A program made the translations under genes and the position numbers. A stretch of DNA of 64,000 nt, taken from NCBI GenBank assembly GCA_963835575.1, contig CAWIGG010000002.1:1-64000 (forward strand), written 5' to 3'. The notes beneath the pieces were generated by a model. That model saw only the letters and a program-made list of their open reading frames with translations, was not told the DNA's origin and ran no database searches. Of this stretch, positions 1 through 12,850 are shown in pieces; within the stretch, counting starts at the first letter, position 1; each line of letters starts with the position of its first letter. This DNA is from an uncultured Spirochaetota bacterium. GTDB taxonomy: Bacteria; Spirochaetota; Brevinematia; Brevinematales; JAOACQ01.

Positions 1-470
1 GGTTCAAGCCGAAACCGATGAAATACCGGGAACACGATTTTGAAAAAAATGAAGCTGATAATACTTATATATGACCGAATGGAAAAATATTAAGCTATAA
101 GGGATACCAGAGGCAATTGAGTAATTTCGGCCATAAATATCAGGCCAGGCAGGCGGATTGTTCAAAATGCGGAAAAAGGGGACAATGCTTAAAACATCCC
201 GATAAGACAAGGCAAAGAACATTATATCTGGTAGTCAAAAGAGGGGATAAAAACTATTCAAAAGAAATGGTAAATAAAATTGATCTGCCGGAAATCAGGG
301 ATTTGTACAGCCGGAGGATGGGAATAATTGAGCCGGTATTCGGTAACATCCGTTCTTGTAAAGGTATGGACCGTTTTACGCTCAGGGGTAAGAGTAAGGT
401 TAATATCCAGTGGCTTTTGTTCTGTATAGTGCATAATATTGGTAAAATCCAGATATTTGGTAAGATTTAA
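1..470 (+). pseudogene. IS1182 transposase C-terminal part with in-frame stop
   Basis: Same C-terminus as 42361-43860, but TGA at 72-74 where the other copy has TGC. Could be an error near a contig end. Confidence 0.6.
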
Positions 471-604
471 GGGGGTGTTCATAGCCATAATACCGGCTTG
501 AAATTGGAAAAATGGCAAATCCGGATAGAGAAATGAAAAATGATACTCTATCCGGCTTTCAGAAGACAGTTTTTATTCTCGTTTTTGGCTTTTTCGACAG
601 GGTC
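1..604 (+). mobile_element. IS1182-family element, 3' part (runs off window start)
   Basis: Near-identical to 43391-43994. Ends CTTTTTCGACAGGGTC immediately before GTTGTAC (605-611). Confidence 0.9.
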
Positions 605-626
605 GTTGTACGAAGTTCGGCGGCAA

Positions 627-1229
627 TTATTTTTTCCAAGCTACTATTTTATTCAATGGATGCGTATGTTTAATACCACCTGGGTGTTCATCATCAAAAA
701 TGTAATTTTCATATAATTCAATTTTCCAATCATTATACAAAGTTTTTAATTCATCATCATTAAATAATCCTTTCATAAATTCAGCTAAATCTGGAGTAGG
801 CGCAATCTTGTTAGTAAAAACTACAACAACATTGACTCCATTATTGTTTGTATGTTGTTTCATTTCTTTAATTGATCTTTCCCATTCTTTTCTGTTTAAT
901 AAATGTAAAACACCATGAGAAATTATAAAATCATAATTTTGTTTAAATTCATAAGTTGATATATCTTGAACCCAAGCATTAATTTTAATTTTTTTATTCT
1001 TTGATATACTCTTTAATTTTTCAATTCCAGATTCAGAAATATCGAAAGCATCAACTGAAAATCCTTTTTCCGCTAAAAATAATGCATTCCTTCCTTCACC
1101 ACAGCCCATATCTAAAACCTTTATTTCTTTTGACAAAGTATTAGATAAATAAATAATTTCTTCACTTGGTTTGCCAAAAACGTTCGAATTTTTAACTTTG
1201 TAAGCTTCTTCCCAAAAAGGTTTATCCAT
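627..1229 (-). CDS. Class I SAM-dependent methyltransferase (TehB-like), cassette gene
   Basis: VLDMGCGEGRNALFLA motif I, DAFDIS. RBS GAGGT precedes the ATG at 1229. Confidence 0.85.
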   Translation of the reverse strand: MDKPFWEEAYKVKNSNVFGKPSEEIIYLSNTLSKEIKVLDMGCGEGRNALFLAEKGFSVDAFDISESGIEKLKSISKNKKIKINAWVQDISTYEFKQNYDFIISHGVLHLLNRKEWERSIKEMKQHTNNNGVNVVVVFTNKIAPTPDLAEFMKGLFNDDELKTLYNDWKIELYENYIFDDEHPGGIKHTHPLNKIVAWKK

Positions 1230-1270
1230 ATTTACCTCATTCTTCAATGAAAAGCCTGCCGCCGAATTTC

Positions 1271-1490
1271 GTACAACGGTCGGCGTTTGCGAAGTCGCTG
1301 AGGCTTAGAAAATGTTCACATTTTCAAGCCGAAGCGATTTGTCGAACCTTTTGTCCTTCTTCTCCGTCCTACCCGACAAAAGGTGAGACCGAGGAGCGCG
1401 CGCATCCAGCACCATTTTGTTCTGCTTCCTGTTTTTGCCCACAAAATGGTGCTGGAGAGCACGCACCGCAGCGCAAAAGCCGTGTTGGGC
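1271..1490 (-). repeat. attC-like site (220 bp, with extra internal hairpin)
   Basis: GTACAAC...GTTGGGC ends, complementary terminal arms, motifs shared with the other sites. Confidence 0.8.
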
Positions 1491-1510
1491 GAAGGTTTTG
1501 CCCATTATAA

Positions 1511-2254
1511 TTATTCGCCTTCTAAATGCCATTTTATAAATACAGAATTGTCATATTCATAAATTACTGTTTTACAATAAGTAATCGGACTGTTTTCATG
1601 ATATTCAATGAAATTATTTCCCGCTTTGTTGTATATGTTTAGGGAATAATCAATTTTAGTATTATCAGAAAAATATGTTCCTGATGAATTATTTGATGGA
1701 TATTCTTTTAATTGTCCGTCTCCATAAAATATATTAAAAATAATTAAATATGCTTGCTCAATTCTAATATCTTTTAATTGAATAAAATCTTCATCGTATG
1801 ATGATTCATTATCATGATGTGAATAAATAATTAAATTGCTATAATTAAAAGCATTAGTTTCAAAACCAGTGAATATTTGATCTTTATTTAATGAAAGATT
1901 ATTTTTGGCCCATTCAGGAAAAATTGAGATAAATTTATTTGTATTTGGATATTTGAGAAGATATCCATCAAATAAATATCCTATAATATTACTTATTTTT
2001 GTTGAAATCCAATAACCTTTCATTCCATCTATTTTATCAATTTTATCGATGCTATCTATTTTTATCTGTGTTGAAAATAAGACTTTTGATAGTATTTTTG
2101 AATTAATTGAAGGCTTTTCTCTTAGGAATAAGCCATTTTTGGCCCAAACATATAAATAATCATTAATTTTATAAAATAATTTTGGACTTCCTTTTGAAAA
2201 TAAAAAAGGAAAGGTGATAATTAGTAATAAAAATATTATTATAGATATTTTCAT
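1511..2254 (-). CDS. Exported SH3b-domain protein, cassette gene
   Basis: Signal peptide; YVWAKNGLFLREKPS...GYW...GYLFDGYL SH3b pattern. Confidence 0.7.
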   Translation of the reverse strand: MKISIIIFLLLIITFPFLFSKGSPKLFYKINDYLYVWAKNGLFLREKPSINSKILSKVLFSTQIKIDSIDKIDKIDGMKGYWISTKISNIIGYLFDGYLLKYPNTNKFISIFPEWAKNNLSLNKDQIFTGFETNAFNYSNLIIYSHHDNESSYDEDFIQLKDIRIEQAYLIIFNIFYGDGQLKEYPSNNSSGTYFSDNTKIDYSLNIYNKAGNNFIEYHENSPITYCKTVIYEYDNSVFIKWHLEGE

Positions 2255-2272
2255 CTTTTACCTCCAAGATGG

Positions 2273-3611
2273 CGGTCCGACTTCAAGACATAGGTTACAC
2301 TTTAGCTTCAGGACATCGGTAACCCTTTTTGAGTACAAAATGCCCTTGAATTACTATTTCAGTATAGACCTAAATATAAAAGTATTCAAGTCCATACTAC
2401 CTATCAGATTATTTTCAAACCACACATCCATAAAAGCTTTGCTTTTACTTTTTAAACCAATATGATAACCATCCAACGCATTTGTAATAAATACACGCCG
2501 ACCTTTATAATAAATGTAACCTCTGTTATTAACCTTTCTGCTGATGTATCCCTTGGGATATACAACCCAATCGGCTATCCCATCATAACTCCTAACCGAT
2601 TTTATATAGACCATTGCTGGTGTTTTCATTCCAAGGCTTTCATGCGGTCTTTCCTCGTTGAACTCTTTTCTCCATTCGTTGAATACTGCCTGGTGCAGCT
2701 TCAGGCTACCGCTGATTTTGTTTTCCAGTTCCTTTTTCATATCCAGGTGCATCCTTTCATGTGCTCCGTTCTGATAGGGAGAGCCGGGATCAATTCTGTC
2801 CAGCTTTATGCCCAGAGACAACCACCATGCTGATAGTCTGGTTAAACCAAGTAAACCCTGTGTACTGGCAAACGGCGGCCCATTATCGGATTTTATCATA
2901 CTCGGTAATCCATATTGCTTGAAGAGTCTGTCAAATTCAAATTTGACGGAACTAATATCACCTTTTTGCAGTATGGCTATGGATAAAATATATTTGGAAT
3001 AATCATCACGTACTGTAAGTGGTTCGCATCTTTCCTGCTCGGAGGTATACCACCAGCCTTTGAAATCCACTGTCCAGATATCATTTGGTTTTTTCGGTGC
3101 TACCCTGTTCTGTATTCTTTCCGGATGTATGTGTCGTCTTCTTTTCCTTAATTCTACAAATCCGGCCTTTTTCAATATCCTTTCGACAGTGCTTAATGAA
3201 GGAATTTTATTATCCGGGTGGTTCCTGACATAAACCGACCTGATTTTCTTAGGTCCCCAATTCTGCTTCGTTTGCTTGATACGGATGATCTCGCAGATTA
3301 TTTCTTCAGAAAGTTGATTAGGGCTTGAAAGCGGTTTCCTAGATTTTTCTTGAAGACCGGACAACCCTTCTTCATAAAACCTTTCTTTCCACTTATAACC
3401 GGTTTTTGTGCTGATCCCATATTCAGTACAAAGCTCGGTAAAGTTCACACCTTTTTGGAATGACTTTTCAATAAAAGCTAATTTCAGCTTCATGATATTA
3501 ACCTCCTTCCAGGGCATTGTCAGCCTCCTTAATGAGATCTGACCTAATTATACCTGGAAAGTGTTACCTATGTCCTGAAGCTTTTCCGTTACCTATGTCC
3601 TGATTTCACCA
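2273..3611 (-). mobile_element. IS481-family element
   Basis: Repeated subterminal TCA(A/G)GACATAGGT(T/A)AC motifs inverted at both ends. Exact ends are approximate; removing 2273-3611 restores the cassette-end inverted repeat. Confidence 0.8.
2354..3517 (-). CDS. IS481-family transposase
   Basis: MPWKE start, HTH, WTVDFKG, SDNGPPF, NGAHERMH (rve DDE core). Confidence 0.9.
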   Translation of the reverse strand: MPWKEVNIMKLKLAFIEKSFQKGVNFTELCTEYGISTKTGYKWKERFYEEGLSGLQEKSRKPLSSPNQLSEEIICEIIRIKQTKQNWGPKKIRSVYVRNHPDNKIPSLSTVERILKKAGFVELRKRRRHIHPERIQNRVAPKKPNDIWTVDFKGWWYTSEQERCEPLTVRDDYSKYILSIAILQKGDISSVKFEFDRLFKQYGLPSMIKSDNGPPFASTQGLLGLTRLSAWWLSLGIKLDRIDPGSPYQNGAHERMHLDMKKELENKISGSLKLHQAVFNEWRKEFNEERPHESLGMKTPAMVYIKSVRSYDGIADWVVYPKGYISRKVNNRGYIYYKGRRVFITNALDGYHIGLKSKSKAFMDVWFENNLIGSMDLNTFIFRSILK

Positions 3612-3621
3612 GCAAAATGGC

Positions 3622-3781
3622 GCCTAACGGTGCGGCTATACGACGTTTTGCGTCCCGTAGGGTTGGCGCGGCTTTTGCATCCCACGCAGCAAAAGACGTG
3701 ACAAAGCAAAATGTGTCCGCAGGACCGAGGAGCGCCCGGAGCCGCGCGAGGACGGAGCGGAACGTGTACGCCTTGTTGTAC
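3622..3781 (-). repeat. attC-like site (160 bp)
   Basis: GCCTAAC...GTTGTAC; very similar to 17730-17888. Confidence 0.85.
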
Positions 3782-3838
3782 GAAGTTTTCCGGGCCGAAT
3801 GTTTTACCAAAAAGCCGTAGCCAGGACGGCGGAGGCTT

Positions 3839-4129
3839 TTATCTGTTTTTTCTTTTTGGGTTCATAGGATACCATCCTTTTTCAACCCTCTTTCTCTGTT
3901 CGAAAATTTCTAATATACTCCATAAAGAGGAAAAGCCCGCCACGCTCAGGACGGCCCTAATGATATTATTAGGAATAAAAACAGAAGCTCCGCAAAGAAT
4001 TAAACCAAGACCTAATAATAAAGGCCAGATGGACACACTGAAATAGTATTCACCCCAAATTACTAATGGATGAAATAATCCGATGATTAAAAAAGCTGCT
4101 ATTCCAATTATTAATCCATCAAAAAACAT
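3839..4129 (-). CDS. Small membrane protein (DUF4491-like)
   Basis: GLIIG...IGLFHPLVI.GEYYF...KRVEKGWYP.NPKR pattern; three hydrophobic segments. Confidence 0.7.
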   Translation of the reverse strand: MFFDGLIIGIAAFLIIGLFHPLVIWGEYYFSVSIWPLLLGLGLILCGASVFIPNNIIRAVLSVAGFSSLWSILEIFEQRKRVEKGWYPMNPKRKNR

Positions 4130-4160
4130 AAAATCCTCATTTTTAATAATATTTGAATAA

Positions 4161-4195
4161 AACAACTGCGGCAGAATTACCTACCGCAGTTTGTT
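4161..4195 (-). terminator. Hairpin after katG
   Basis: AACTGCGG...CCGCAGTT stem just past the katG stop. Confidence 0.5.
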
Positions 4196-4216
4196 CTTAA
4201 TAAAATGTCCTTAATG

Positions 4217-6920
<2,704 letters not shown>

Positions 6921-6924
6921 AATG

Positions 6925-7326
6925 CTACTCCTTATCCTTTATATTTTTGCATTTTTCACAAAAACCATAAAAATTAATGGTGTGTCCGGTTATTATATTA
7001 TTTGTGTTTTCTTTTGCAATTATTTCAATATTATTTTGTAGCGGAATGTTAAAATCTTGAATAATTCCGCATTTTTCACAAACAAAATGATAATGCAAAT
7101 CGGTAATAGCATCATAATGTTCCACTCCATCACCAAATTCCCTGCATTTAACGAGCTTTTCTTCAATTAAAATCCTAATATTTCTGTAAACATTACCCAT
7201 ACTGACAGTAGGATTCTCTTTTCTTAAAACATCATAAATCCTTAATGCCGTTGGGTGATCAGAACTGCTTTTAATAATTTTTAAGATTTGATCTCTTTGC
7301 AAGCTTTTTCGTCTTTTTATCTCCAT
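6925..7326 (-). CDS. perR: Fur-family regulator, probably PerR
   Basis: HPTA, VYRN, HYHFVCEKCG and C-terminal CEKC; directly upstream of bfr-katG. Confidence 0.8.
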   Translation of the reverse strand: MEIKRRKSLQRDQILKIIKSSSDHPTALRIYDVLRKENPTVSMGNVYRNIRILIEEKLVKCREFGDGVEHYDAITDLHYHFVCEKCGIIQDFNIPLQNNIEIIAKENTNNIITGHTINFYGFCEKCKNIKDKE

Positions 7327-7335
7327 AAACTTCCT

Positions 7336-7382
7336 TATTAATAATCGTTACTAATATTAATACAATTAGTTTTTCCTGTCAA
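7336..7382 (-). promoter_or_regulatory. Sigma70 promoter with adjacent Per/Fur-type box
   Basis: Minus strand reads TTGACA-17-TAATAT, then imperfect palindrome TAGTAAC-G-ATTATTA, then RBS. Confidence 0.65.
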
Positions 7383-7455
7383 TATTATTTGAATATTTTT
7401 AGCCAGCCAAGGAAGGCTGGCGAATTTAATCACCAGCTTCGGCCCGGAAAATTTC

Positions 7456-7619
7456 GTACAACGGTACAGACAGACGACGTTTTGCGGCCCGTCAGGGTTG
7501 GCGCATTTTTTGCTTCCCCGTGCAAAAAATGTGACAAAGCAAAATGTGGCGCAGCCTGAGCACCGCAGCCCGTAGCTTCAGCGGAGGGCGAGGAGCGCAA
7601 CGTCTGTCTGTTGTTGGGC
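7456..7619 (-). repeat. attC-like site (164 bp)
   Basis: GTACAAC-GGT-ACAGACAGACG ... CGTCTGTCTGT-T-GTTGGGC. Confidence 0.85.
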
Positions 7620-7672
7620 GATGGACAGTCCGAATTTATAACAAAAGATAGGAGCCAAGGATGGCGATGATT

Positions 7673-7831
7673 TTAAATATCTTTTTTAGATACAAATTTC
7701 CATCCTTGTTTTTCTAATTCTTTTTCTTTTAATCTAAGCATATCCGCGAATTTTTTTATATCATTATCACATTCTTCAGATATTTTTTTTCCTGCTTCTC
7801 TTACTTCTTCAACAATTGGATCTGTATTCAT
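7673..7831 (-). CDS. Small 52-aa protein, probable antitoxin partner of PIN protein
   Basis: Read by hand: MNTDPIVEEVREAGKKISEECDNDIKK..., RBS GGAGG; below the ORF-track cutoff. Confidence 0.65.
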   Translation of the reverse strand: MNTDPIVEEVREAGKKISEECDNDIKKFADMLRLKEKELEKQGWKFVSKKDI

Positions 7832-7846
7832 ATTTTTCCTCCATTA

Positions 7847-8314
7847 TTATTTCAATTCTTCTGGAGTACAAATTTCAGGAGTTTTATACCCTTTTTGATT
7901 ATTCAATTTTAATAGTTGCTTTTTAAAATGTGCATTTGCCAAATGAGAACAATTCCAAGATAATAAATAATCCATTTCGTAATAAACACTATATGATACA
8001 TGATAAATATCTCTCACTATTTTTTCTGGAAAATTAAACTGTTTCATATAAAATTCAGCTATTATATCAATATTTTCGTCTTCTCTTAATACCTTCAAAT
8101 TTTTAATTTCATTTTGCCTTTTAACAGCATAATGCTTATCACCATTCGCTATTTCCTCTATTACAATAGGTGATACAAATAGTTCATATTTTTTGCGTTC
8201 AATATTCCACCAATCTTTAGTTATTATCTGCCTACTTAAAATGATTATATTTTCACTCTGTTCAGATACAAGATAGCTTGGAATTGTTGTTTCAATATAA
8301 ACCTTTTCTATCAT
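7847..8314 (-). CDS. PIN-domain (VapC-like) protein
   Basis: VYIETTIPSYL, VIEEI, DIYH, LLSWNCSHLAN, CTPEEL. Confidence 0.85.
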   Translation of the reverse strand: MIEKVYIETTIPSYLVSEQSENIIILSRQIITKDWWNIERKKYELFVSPIVIEEIANGDKHYAVKRQNEIKNLKVLREDENIDIIAEFYMKQFNFPEKIVRDIYHVSYSVYYEMDYLLSWNCSHLANAHFKKQLLKLNNQKGYKTPEICTPEELK

Positions 8315-8347
8315 TAATAAAACCCCAATACTGTTTAATTATATATT

Positions 8348-8376
8348 ATTATAATCTTTTTATTATTTTCCGGCAA
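8348..8376 (-). promoter_or_regulatory. Cassette-borne sigma70 promoter
   Basis: TTGCCG-17-TATAAT; same layout at 17656-17684 and 26431-26459. Confidence 0.7.
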
Positions 8377-8420
8377 GGATGCCGGATTATCTTTAAAAAA
8401 TAAGCTTCGGACTGTCTTTC

Positions 8421-8598
8421 GCCCAACGGTCGGCGTTTGCGAAGCCGGCGAGGCTTAGAGCTTTGCTCTTGCCGAGCCGGTTTGGTGAGCCCTGCGTTGC
8501 GCTACTTCCGGCCTACCCACGGGAGGGCGAACCCGAGCACCGCAGGCCGTAGCGACTGAGCGGAGGCCGAGGAGCGGAGCGCAAACGCCGAGTTGTAC
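8421..8598 (-). repeat. attC-like site (178 bp)
   Basis: GCCCAAC-GG-TCGGCGTTTGCG ... CGCAAACGCCGA-GTTGTAC. Confidence 0.85.
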
Positions 8599-8695
8599 GC
8601 AGTTGCACAAACTGTTTTATTATATTTCTTTCTTTTCTATAATTTCTTTGTATTTTAATTCTTCATTATCAGTTGTAATTTTAATATTTGCTTCA

Positions 8696-10091
8696 GAGTT
8701 ATAATAGAAAGTTGTGTATAGGAATAAATATTATAAAAAAGATGGCGTACCCTCTATAATTTATTTACGACAATAAACAAAAGGAGGAATACGCCATATG
8801 CCGAAGCACAACGAAGATTTTAAGCTCTTACAGGCTTTTAATCAAGATGAAACAGTAGAATTTTTATGTCTTGAAGAATTGGCAAGGATCGGGGCCAGGG
8901 AAATAATCAAGAAGGCTCTGGAAGATGAAATTAATGGGTTTCTTCAGGAGAGAGAGCATTTAACTATCGAAGACGGGAGAAAGGCAATAGTAAGAAATGG
9001 GTATCATAAAGCCCGTCAGATTCTCATTGGTGGAGGGGCTATTGATGTATGTATTCCGAGAACAAGGAACCGACTCGGAGGCGACAATTTTCAAAGCCTA
9101 ATAGTACCGCCGTATATGAGAAAAAGCCTGAGAATTGAGGAAGCCATTCCATTGTTGTATCTCTATGGAGTCTCAGAGATGGATATGGAGAATGCCTTGA
9201 GAGGATTGCTTGGTGAAGAAGCGAAAGGATTATCAGCCTCAAGTATAAGCAGAATGAAACAAGGATGGGGTAAAGAATATGATGAGTGGCGGACATCCGA
9301 TTTAAGCGATAAAAAGTATTGCTATATATGGGTTGACGGCATTTACTTCAATGTACAGGGCAGCGAAGACCGTTTATGCACTCTTGTAATGATCGGAGCC
9401 AATGAGAATGGTGAAAAGGAGATTATTCTTGTTGAAGAAGGTTACAGAGAGAATTCCGAGACTTGGTTAGGGATATTAAGAAACCTAAAAGAAAAAGGTT
9501 TGAAAGGTCCTATTCTTTTTATCGGAGACGGAAGCCTTGGATTCTGGAAAGCAGCCAAAGAAGTATATCCTGAATCCAGATGGCAGAGATGCTGGGTTCA
9601 TAAGATAAAGAACATTCTAAACAAGCTGCCCAAAGTATTACAGTCAAAGGCAAAAGAGATGCTTCATGAGATATGCAATGCTCCTGATAAGGATAATGCT
9701 ATCAAAGCTTTTGAATTATTCCAGGCGGTTTTTAATCCTAAATATCCAGCAGCTGTCGAATGTTTAGAAAAGGATTGGGAGCTTATGATCGAATTTTATA
9801 ACTGTCCGGCGGAACATTGGGTACATATCCGTACGACAAACGTAATAGAATCTACCTTCTCTACAGTTCGATTAAGAACTAAAAAGATGAGAGGCTGCGG
9901 AACCAGGGAAACGATTCTAATAATGGTCTATAAATTACTGGATAAGGCATCCAGGCGATGGAGAAAATTAAGAGGTTATGAAAAGATTTGCCTTGTATTG
10001 GAAGGCGCTGTTTTTGAGAACGGAGAGCTTGTAAAAAAGGCAGCATAAAAAAATGAGAGGGTATGTCATACACAACATTTGACAAAAACTC
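8696..10091 (+). mobile_element. IS256-family element
   Basis: IRs GAGTT...GTTGTGTAT; 9-bp TSD TTTGCTTCA at 8687-8695 and 10092-10100. Confidence 0.93.
8798..10048 (+). CDS. IS256-family transposase
   Basis: RNGY, WVDGIY, IGDGSLGFW, QRCWVHK, IRTTNVIES. Confidence 0.95.
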   Translation: MPKHNEDFKLLQAFNQDETVEFLCLEELARIGAREIIKKALEDEINGFLQEREHLTIEDGRKAIVRNGYHKARQILIGGGAIDVCIPRTRNRLGGDNFQSLIVPPYMRKSLRIEEAIPLLYLYGVSEMDMENALRGLLGEEAKGLSASSISRMKQGWGKEYDEWRTSDLSDKKYCYIWVDGIYFNVQGSEDRLCTLVMIGANENGEKEIILVEEGYRENSETWLGILRNLKEKGLKGPILFIGDGSLGFWKAAKEVYPESRWQRCWVHKIKNILNKLPKVLQSKAKEMLHEICNAPDKDNAIKAFELFQAVFNPKYPAAVECLEKDWELMIEFYNCPAEHWVHIRTTNVIESTFSTVRLRTKKMRGCGTRETILIMVYKLLDKASRRWRKLRGYEKICLVLEGAVFENGELVKKAA

Positions 10092-10724
10092 TTTGCTTCA
10101 ATTAAGTTTTCATTAACTATATTACCAATTAAATTAAATTGGAATAGTGATTCCTTTTTATAAATATTTATTTTTTTGTCTGTTATTAATATTTCATCAG
10201 AGTAATATTTTGTGTAATGAAGTTTATTTGAATTTATATCGATTATAAATGAAGATCTGTTACTAAGCATTGAATCTTTATTTGTTATTTTTGAAAGATC
10301 ATCTGAGATGTTTAAAAGTATAGAGTTACCTTTCCAGCCTATTCTTTTTACTTTGTTGGCTTCATTTGAAATTCTATCATCTATTTGTTTTTTCTCAACT
10401 CTTTTTAAGAATTTATTAAGTAAAATAGAACAACTTATGATAGCGATAACAATGCTGGCAAGTGATACAAGAATATTTATCAGATTAGACTTAAAATATT
10501 CAATTTCTACAAATTGTCTAATTATTAAAAAAATAATGAACTGTGATATAAAAACTGATAAAAAATAAGTTAATAAGAATTTTAATGCCCAACTCCACCC
10601 TTTCATGTTATTCTCTTTTGCTTTGTTGTAAAACCAAATAGAAATAACAGCTAATGCTACTACTACAATAATAATTCCCATAATTACCTCTTAAATTTAT
10701 TACAAAAATTGTTTGTGCAATTGC

Positions 10725-10899
10725 GTACAACGGTGCGGGCAAGCGACGTTTGCGAGCCTTAGAACTGCTCAGCAGTTCTAGGCGAGCAAATGTGGTGAGC
10801 CCTGCGTATTCTTCTGCGGCCTACCCCACGCAGGGCGAATCCTGAGCACCGCAGGCCGTCGCAACGGCCGAGGAGCGGAACGTTTGCCCGCTGTTGGGC
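10725..10899 (-). repeat. attC-like site (175 bp)
   Basis: GTACAAC-GGT-GCGGGCAAGCG ... CGTTTGCCCGC-T-GTTGGGC. Confidence 0.85.
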
Positions 10900-10922
10900 G
10901 ATGAAGCACCGCCAATTTAGTT

Positions 10923-11099
10923 TTAAGCTTCCATTAAATTACATATTTCTTTTATTAGTACATCCAATTTAATATTTGAAATATTTTTATTATAAGGATT
11001 ATTTTTACCATTTTTTGTCTCATTATATAATTTAATTATGTCTTTTTTTGTCCATTTTTTCATTAAAAAACCTGGAGCAATCATATTAGTACCATTATT
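10923..11099 (-). pseudogene. 3' remnant of a cassette gene truncated by IS21
   Basis: Open frame from the IS21 end to a stop just before the attC. Confidence 0.55.
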
Positions 11100-11281
11100 T
11101 GGAAAATCCGGACGAAACATGCCGGGGTTCCGGGTGAAACATGCCACCCAATCCGTGTGAAACATGCCGGGTAATCCGGATGAAATGTTACCACCTACCA
11201 TAAGAAAAAGCGAATCAAACACGAAGAATTCCTCCGAGAATGTTAAGCTAATCCTTCTTGAAAAAATAAGAAGGAGTTGGT

Positions 11282-12838
11282 ATGCCGAACAGGAGGAAGC
11301 CTATGAAGAAAATCCGGGAAGTGATCCGGATGATCAAAGAAAACGGCCTGAGCTGCCGTGTGACATCAAAGGCCCTGGATATTTCCAGGCCAACCGTGCA
11401 AAGATATATATCCAGGTTTGAAAAAAGCGGCCTAACCATCGCGGAAATTTATGAAATGAGCGATTCTGCTTTAATTGAAATTTTCGAATCGATGGCAGAA
11501 GGTGACAGTCAGGAAGAAACCGAAAAGGATAATCTGTACAATGAATTCCCCGAATACAGTAAGGAACTACTGCGTACAGGCGTCAATCTGAGATTGCTTT
11601 GGGAAGAATACCTGAGAAAATATCCAGGAGGCTATCGCTATTCTCAATTCTGCTATCACTACGGCATCTGGAAAGGTTCTCTTGAAATATCCATGCACCA
11701 GGAATACAAGGCCGGAGACAAGCTTTTTGTTGATTTTACCGGCGCGAAATTTCCGATTGTAGACCGTTCCACAGGAGAAGTTATAGAGAAAGAGGTATTC
11801 GTAGCCATTCTTGGAGCAAGCCAGTATACATATGTGGAAGCGACGGATAGCCAGAAGAAAGAAGACTTAATCAGGGCTATCGAGAACGCGTTGTATTACT
11901 TCGGAGGATCACCAAGAGCCATAATACCCGATTGTTTAAAAAGCGCTGTAACGTTGGGCAATAAATATGAACCTGCAATTAATTCTGAATTTCAGAATTT
12001 TTGCAGACATTATTCTATGTGTCCCCTCCCTGCAAGACCATATAAACCGCGAGATAAAGCACACGTTGAAAACGCCGTAAAAATCACCTACAGCTGGATA
12101 TTTGCCGTTCTCAGGAATAGAGTTTTTTATACTCTGGGAGAATTGAATATTGCTATACGGGAACAATTGGGAATCTATAATTCAAAGAAGATGCAGAAGC
12201 TCAAAGTCAGCAGGCGGGAATTTTTCGAGGAAACAGAACGGAAAGAGTTAAAACCGCTTCCGAAGGAAAGATACAGTTTTAAAAGCTTCTCAAAAGCTAA
12301 GATCCAATTCAACTATCATGTCTGTCTCAAAGAAGATTCTCATTACTACAGCGTTCCATATCGATATAGAGGCAAAATGGCAGATATTGTTACTTCCGAT
12401 CGGACAGTGGAAATATTTGTTGATAATATCCGCATTGCAGCCTATCCACGGGACCGTAGAAAGCAAGTTTATACAACCACACATGAACATATGCCGCCCC
12501 ATCACAGGTGGGTCGGAGACTGGAATCCGGAGAAGTTAACACATTGGGGTAAGTCGCTTGGTCCGGATGTTGAAGAAATGATAAAGAGAGTCCTGCAAAG
12601 CAGGGATTATCCAGAACAGGCATATAAGGTCTGTCTGGGCATCTTAAGCCTGGCCAAAAAACTCGGAAAAGAAAGGCTCGATAAAGCCTGTAAACGGGCG
12701 CTTGATTTTCAGTATTATTCATATCAGGGAATAAAGCGGATTCTGGAGAAAGGCCTGGATAATTTTGAGGAAGAATCGGTACTGTTTCCGGCCGTTAAGA
12801 TGCATGAAAATATCCGCGGAAGAGAATATTTTGAATAG
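11282..12838 (+). CDS. istA: IS21 transposase IstA
   Basis: LFVDFTG, IIPDCLKSAV, PRDKAHVE, YYSVPY. Confidence 0.93.
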   Translation: MPNRRKPMKKIREVIRMIKENGLSCRVTSKALDISRPTVQRYISRFEKSGLTIAEIYEMSDSALIEIFESMAEGDSQEETEKDNLYNEFPEYSKELLRTGVNLRLLWEEYLRKYPGGYRYSQFCYHYGIWKGSLEISMHQEYKAGDKLFVDFTGAKFPIVDRSTGEVIEKEVFVAILGASQYTYVEATDSQKKEDLIRAIENALYYFGGSPRAIIPDCLKSAVTLGNKYEPAINSEFQNFCRHYSMCPLPARPYKPRDKAHVENAVKITYSWIFAVLRNRVFYTLGELNIAIREQLGIYNSKKMQKLKVSRREFFEETERKELKPLPKERYSFKSFSKAKIQFNYHVCLKEDSHYYSVPYRYRGKMADIVTSDRTVEIFVDNIRIAAYPRDRRKQVYTTTHEHMPPHHRWVGDWNPEKLTHWGKSLGPDVEEMIKRVLQSRDYPEQAYKVCLGILSLAKKLGKERLDKACKRALDFQYYSYQGIKRILEKGLDNFEEESVLFPAVKMHENIRGREYFE

Positions 12839-12850
12839 GAGGAACTGAAT

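Larger units (their letters stand above)
8620..10681 (-). pseudogene. Membrane protein cassette gene interrupted near its 3' end by IS256
   Basis: Frame ...NENLIEA continues beyond the IS as NIKITTDNEELKYKEIIEKKEI* (stop 8620-8622). Confidence 0.8.

Noticed and set aside
9968..10091. C-terminus of the 237-aa ORF as predicted
   Set aside because: Read-through into IS256; the real C-terminus is at 8620-8695.
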